From assembly GCF_902652985.1 (NCBI RefSeq), contig NC_047029.1:13640001-13704000 (forward strand): 64,000 nt of DNA, written 5' to 3'. Origin of the DNA: Pecten maximus (lineage: Eukaryota). The stretch's first letter is position 1. The number at the start of each line of letters is the position of its first letter. The notes under the pieces were generated by a model. It was not told the DNA's origin. It worked only from the letters and a program-made list of their open reading frames with translations, and did no database searches. The position numbers were made by a program, and so were the translations under genes. This document shows positions 60,701-64,000 of this stretch, in pieces.

Positions 60701-62790
60701 GATTTTCCATCGAAATCCAAACATTCCACTCCATATGTTACATTTCGTCTAAAATGTTCGTTATTATGTTATAAACCACTTATCTTATTTGCAAACGTTT
60801 TTTTTTTCTTTGATCATTAATGAACGTGATGTTTATGCTAACATAAAGCTACATACTATTTTATATAAATCTACTTATGGTTTTACAATGTTTACAAATT
60901 TATCATTTATCCACCTAGAAATGTGTTTTTGTAGATTAAAAAAAACTTCAATCGCCAGAAAATATATTTCGTCATTCTGAATGTTTTATGGGATTTATCT
61001 CCCTGAGAATAGCATACGCACTAGATTCACTAACACTCTGGAACAACTCTGACGGGTTTACTTAATAGCAGATACGACATTACCTGTGAACTAATATTGT
61101 GCATTTGAAAATGTGTAAAATTTCACTTAAAAAATTTAAATTTCAACATTATAATTGGCAAACACTTACCAAGATTAAATTCATTACCTCCCAGATTTAT
61201 GTGATTTACTTCCGCTTGGTAAAGTGGCGGATCAAATGCTGAAACGAGAAAATAAACTGTAAAGAAAATAAAAGTACTGAATGATTTTATTTGGCAATTT
61301 GGAAAGATTAAGAAATTTACACATTATTACAAAAAAGTTTTGAAACTATTGAAGAATTATTCACATCTAATGATGACAAACAAAACTCTTGTGTCACATT
61401 TTCTTTAATACCTCCTTCTGGTTCATGGACCTGAAGCAGTTCCTGATCAGGCGTCGCTTGTAGCCCAGTTGGCTGGATAACATCTGGTTGACCTTTAAGT
61501 ACAATTAGAGTTTCTCAAGAATACATCGAAAATATAATAAACAGTATCGCATATCCAAACAATTCAATTTACTAAAAACAGGTAACATCATTTATACGTG
61601 ATCTTAACAATTATTGACTCCAAACAGGTAATCACAACGCATGTTACATAATATATCAACTGAGTTCTGAATACATACTCTCCGTAAGCTAAAATTATAC
61701 CTAGTAGGCTGCAAACGCAAGCTACACAGAAACTCTACGTAACATCCTAATTAACACAACAGACAACACAACAACTAAACGTAGCATCCTAATTAACACA
61801 ACACAGACAACACAACAACTCCATGTAACATCTTAATTAACACAACCACGATAACATAGCAACTCCATGTAACATCCTAATTAACACAACACAACAACTC
61901 CATTAACATCCTGATTAACACAACACAACAACTCCATTAACATCCTAATTAACACAACACAACAACTCCATGTAACATCCTAATTAACACAACACAACAA
62001 CTCTACGTAACATCCTAATTAACACAACACAACAACTCTACGTAACATCCTGATTAACACAACACAACAACTCCATTAACATCCTAATTAACACAACACA
62101 ACAACTCCATGTAACATCCCGATTAACACAACAAAGCAACTCTACGTCAAATCCTAATTAACACAACACAGACAACACAACAACTAAACGTAGCATCCTA
62201 ATAAACACAACAACGATAACATAGCAACTCCATTAACATCCTAATTAACACAACACAACAACTCCATTAACATCATAATTAACACAACACAACAACTCCA
62301 TTAACATCCTAATTAACACAACACAACAACTCCATTAACATCCTAATTAACACAACACAACAACTCCATGTAACATCCTAATTAACACAACAACTCCATT
62401 AACATCCTAATTAACACAACACAACAACTCCATTAACATCCTAATTAACACAACACAACAACTCCATTAACATCCTAATTAACACAACACAGCAACTCCA
62501 TGTAACATCCTAATTAACACAACGCAGGCTACATCAAACTGCGCGTAATCTAAATACTTATAAGACCATATCTGTTAAGGCTGTGACAAACCTGGCTCTC
62601 CTTCTTCCTGCACGGGGTGAACAAGTGGTTGCCCTCCTGGAGGACTGGTTGGGTCCTGGTTGGCTCTAATCGCAGCAATTTGTTGAGTACAATTGTCAAT
62701 GATAGGTAAAGTCATGTCATCTATATCACCCACAATCTGTCGAAGGTTCTTGTACTCTCCCAACCTGACAAGTCCTTTCTGTCTAAGGAT
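54798..62790 (-). CDS. HECT-domain E3 ubiquitin ligase (G2E3-like), 5' incomplete; predicted exons 62790-62592, 61492-61412, 61238-61170, 60543-60487, 59742-59686, 57596-57245, 55506-54798
   Basis: HECT N-lobe VRFEGEMGLDTGGLTKDAF, FLLFVTGS and catalytic PVAHTCGNTLELP. All listed exons have AG/GT boundaries and chain in frame. The two HECT exons are firm and the small upstream exons are less certain. Confidence 0.82.
55932..57139. mobile_element. Tc1/mariner-pogo (Tigger-like) non-autonomous transposon in HECT intron
   Basis: TA duplication. TIR CAGTGGAA(C/T)TTCGTTAACTCGAA at both ends, with sub-terminal TTCGAGTTATCCGAG repeats. Confidence 0.9.
60160..60303 (-). mobile_element. tRNA-derived SINE (family of 46586-46800)
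   Basis: Reverse-complement match: TTCACGTCCGATCGGG..ATCGAAC..GCCTAGGTGAAA..TGTGT..CGGCCACC. Confidence 0.75.
61730..62525 (+). repeat. ~34-bp AC-rich minisatellite in HECT intron
   Basis: Unit ~AACTCCATTAACATCCTAATTAACACAACACAAC, about 20 or more variant copies. Confidence 0.95.
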
Positions 62791-63518
62791 CTATATAGTT
62801 CCACAAAGAAAATACTATGGACATATCTGTAGGTGATACATCAAATATAGTTAAACTAATTTTTAACAAAACCTCTTGGCCTCTTTTCTGATATCACATT
62901 TGTGCGATGTTTCATTTAGGGTCAATCATCACAAGAAAAAAAGACGCTCTCAAAATGCGTCAAAATCAAACATATCATCATGATTGAAAGACTGTGGTCG
63001 TATTATGCTTATATATACAATGTAGTTATTCAAATGGTTTAGTAGTGAATTGGCTGTAATGGCTCATGTTTAGTTATTCATAAACATAATCTTTAAATAA
63101 CAATTTTAATTATTAAGGAAAAGAGGCGACAGTACAAACGAGTGCTCAACTGATAACCATAATGAGAATGTGTTATTATTGTCGCGATTGACTGAACTGA
63201 TAAGACCATTGGTCACAAACCAATTTGTCATGCCTGCGATCAACCTTTTTCTTTCAAGCATATTATGATTGATTGCTCCAATTTCAAACAGACTTGTAAG
63301 ATCTTGTTTACGTCGATACAGTTTCTGCATGGTTTATATTTGATTACTTACGTGCGATAGAACTATAAACTATAATGTGTTGTGCAAACCAGTTCGTTTG
63401 ATATCAGTGATATTAAGATTTTTACCTTTAACATGTTCGTTTAATCGGTTTGCTTTAGTATTGTTTAACGTCCTATCAAAAGCTAATCTCATTTAAGGAC
63501 AGTCTCCTCCTGTGTGCG

Positions 63519-63721
63519 AGTGGTTAAGGTGCCCTGACACTTTATCACTAGCCCTCCACCTCAGGGTTGCGAGTTCGAAACCTACGTGGGGCCGTTTCCA
63601 GGTACTGACCGTAGGACGGTGGTTTTTCTCCGGGTACTCCGGCTTTCCTCCACCTAAAAACTGGCACGTCCATAAATGACCCTGGCTGTTAATAGGACGT
63701 TAAACTAAAACAAATCGAACT
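63519..63721 (+). mobile_element. tRNA-derived SINE (5' clipped) nested in an opposite-strand SINE (63460-63935)
   Basis: Matches 49389-49607. Flanked by a 12-bp duplication TCCTGTGTGCGA. Confidence 0.85.
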
Positions 63722-64000
63722 TCCTGTGTGCGAAATACATGCGTGTGGTGAATGTAATTATATCAATGTGGTTTGGGAGGCTGCAGTATGTTCGTCTCCT
63801 TGTAATAGCGCGGAACTGATGCCGACTTTGTGGTGTTACCTCACTGAAGCATACTGCCAAATACACCCCTACCCGGTCACATTATACGGACAACAGGTGT
63901 CCCAGCCGTCCGAGTCCCAAAATGCTGCTCCCATTGTGTGATCATAAGAGCCGACTTAGGATCTGTTTTTTCTACCAAACCTTTTCCCCCTAAGCTCTCC

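Noticed and set aside
63106-63330. 74-aa ORF as a further HECT gene exon
   Set aside because: No recognisable motif, and no convincing phase-0 donor could be assigned.

Overview
Intron-rich, AT-rich animal genomic DNA. The repeat families suggest a bivalve mollusc (inference). No prokaryotic system or CRISPR array is present. The main content is a cluster of six sepiapterin-reductase-like SDR genes. Four copies are on + (one with its 5' end lost to a DIRS/Ngaro retroelement fragment) and converge tail-to-tail on two copies on -. All use the same 538/153/119-155 nt phase-1 exon layout. The copies keep the NADPH fold and catalytic Ser-Tyr-Lys but differ sharply at substrate-pocket positions, including the pterin-anchoring Asp. 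The cluster is flanked on the left by a near-intact Tx1/L1-type LINE whose ORF1 combines CCHC knuckles with an SGNH esterase. It is flanked on the right by a multi-exon HECT E3 ligase gene on -, whose 5' end is not identified. The rest is nested mobile DNA: Penelope and CR1 relics, tRNA-SINEs (two with 84-bp and ~195-bp flanking duplications), Helentron-type HINEs, pogo and Kolobok-like MITEs, hairpin/sub-terminal-IR elements and minisatellites. All alignments and splice models were made by eye.
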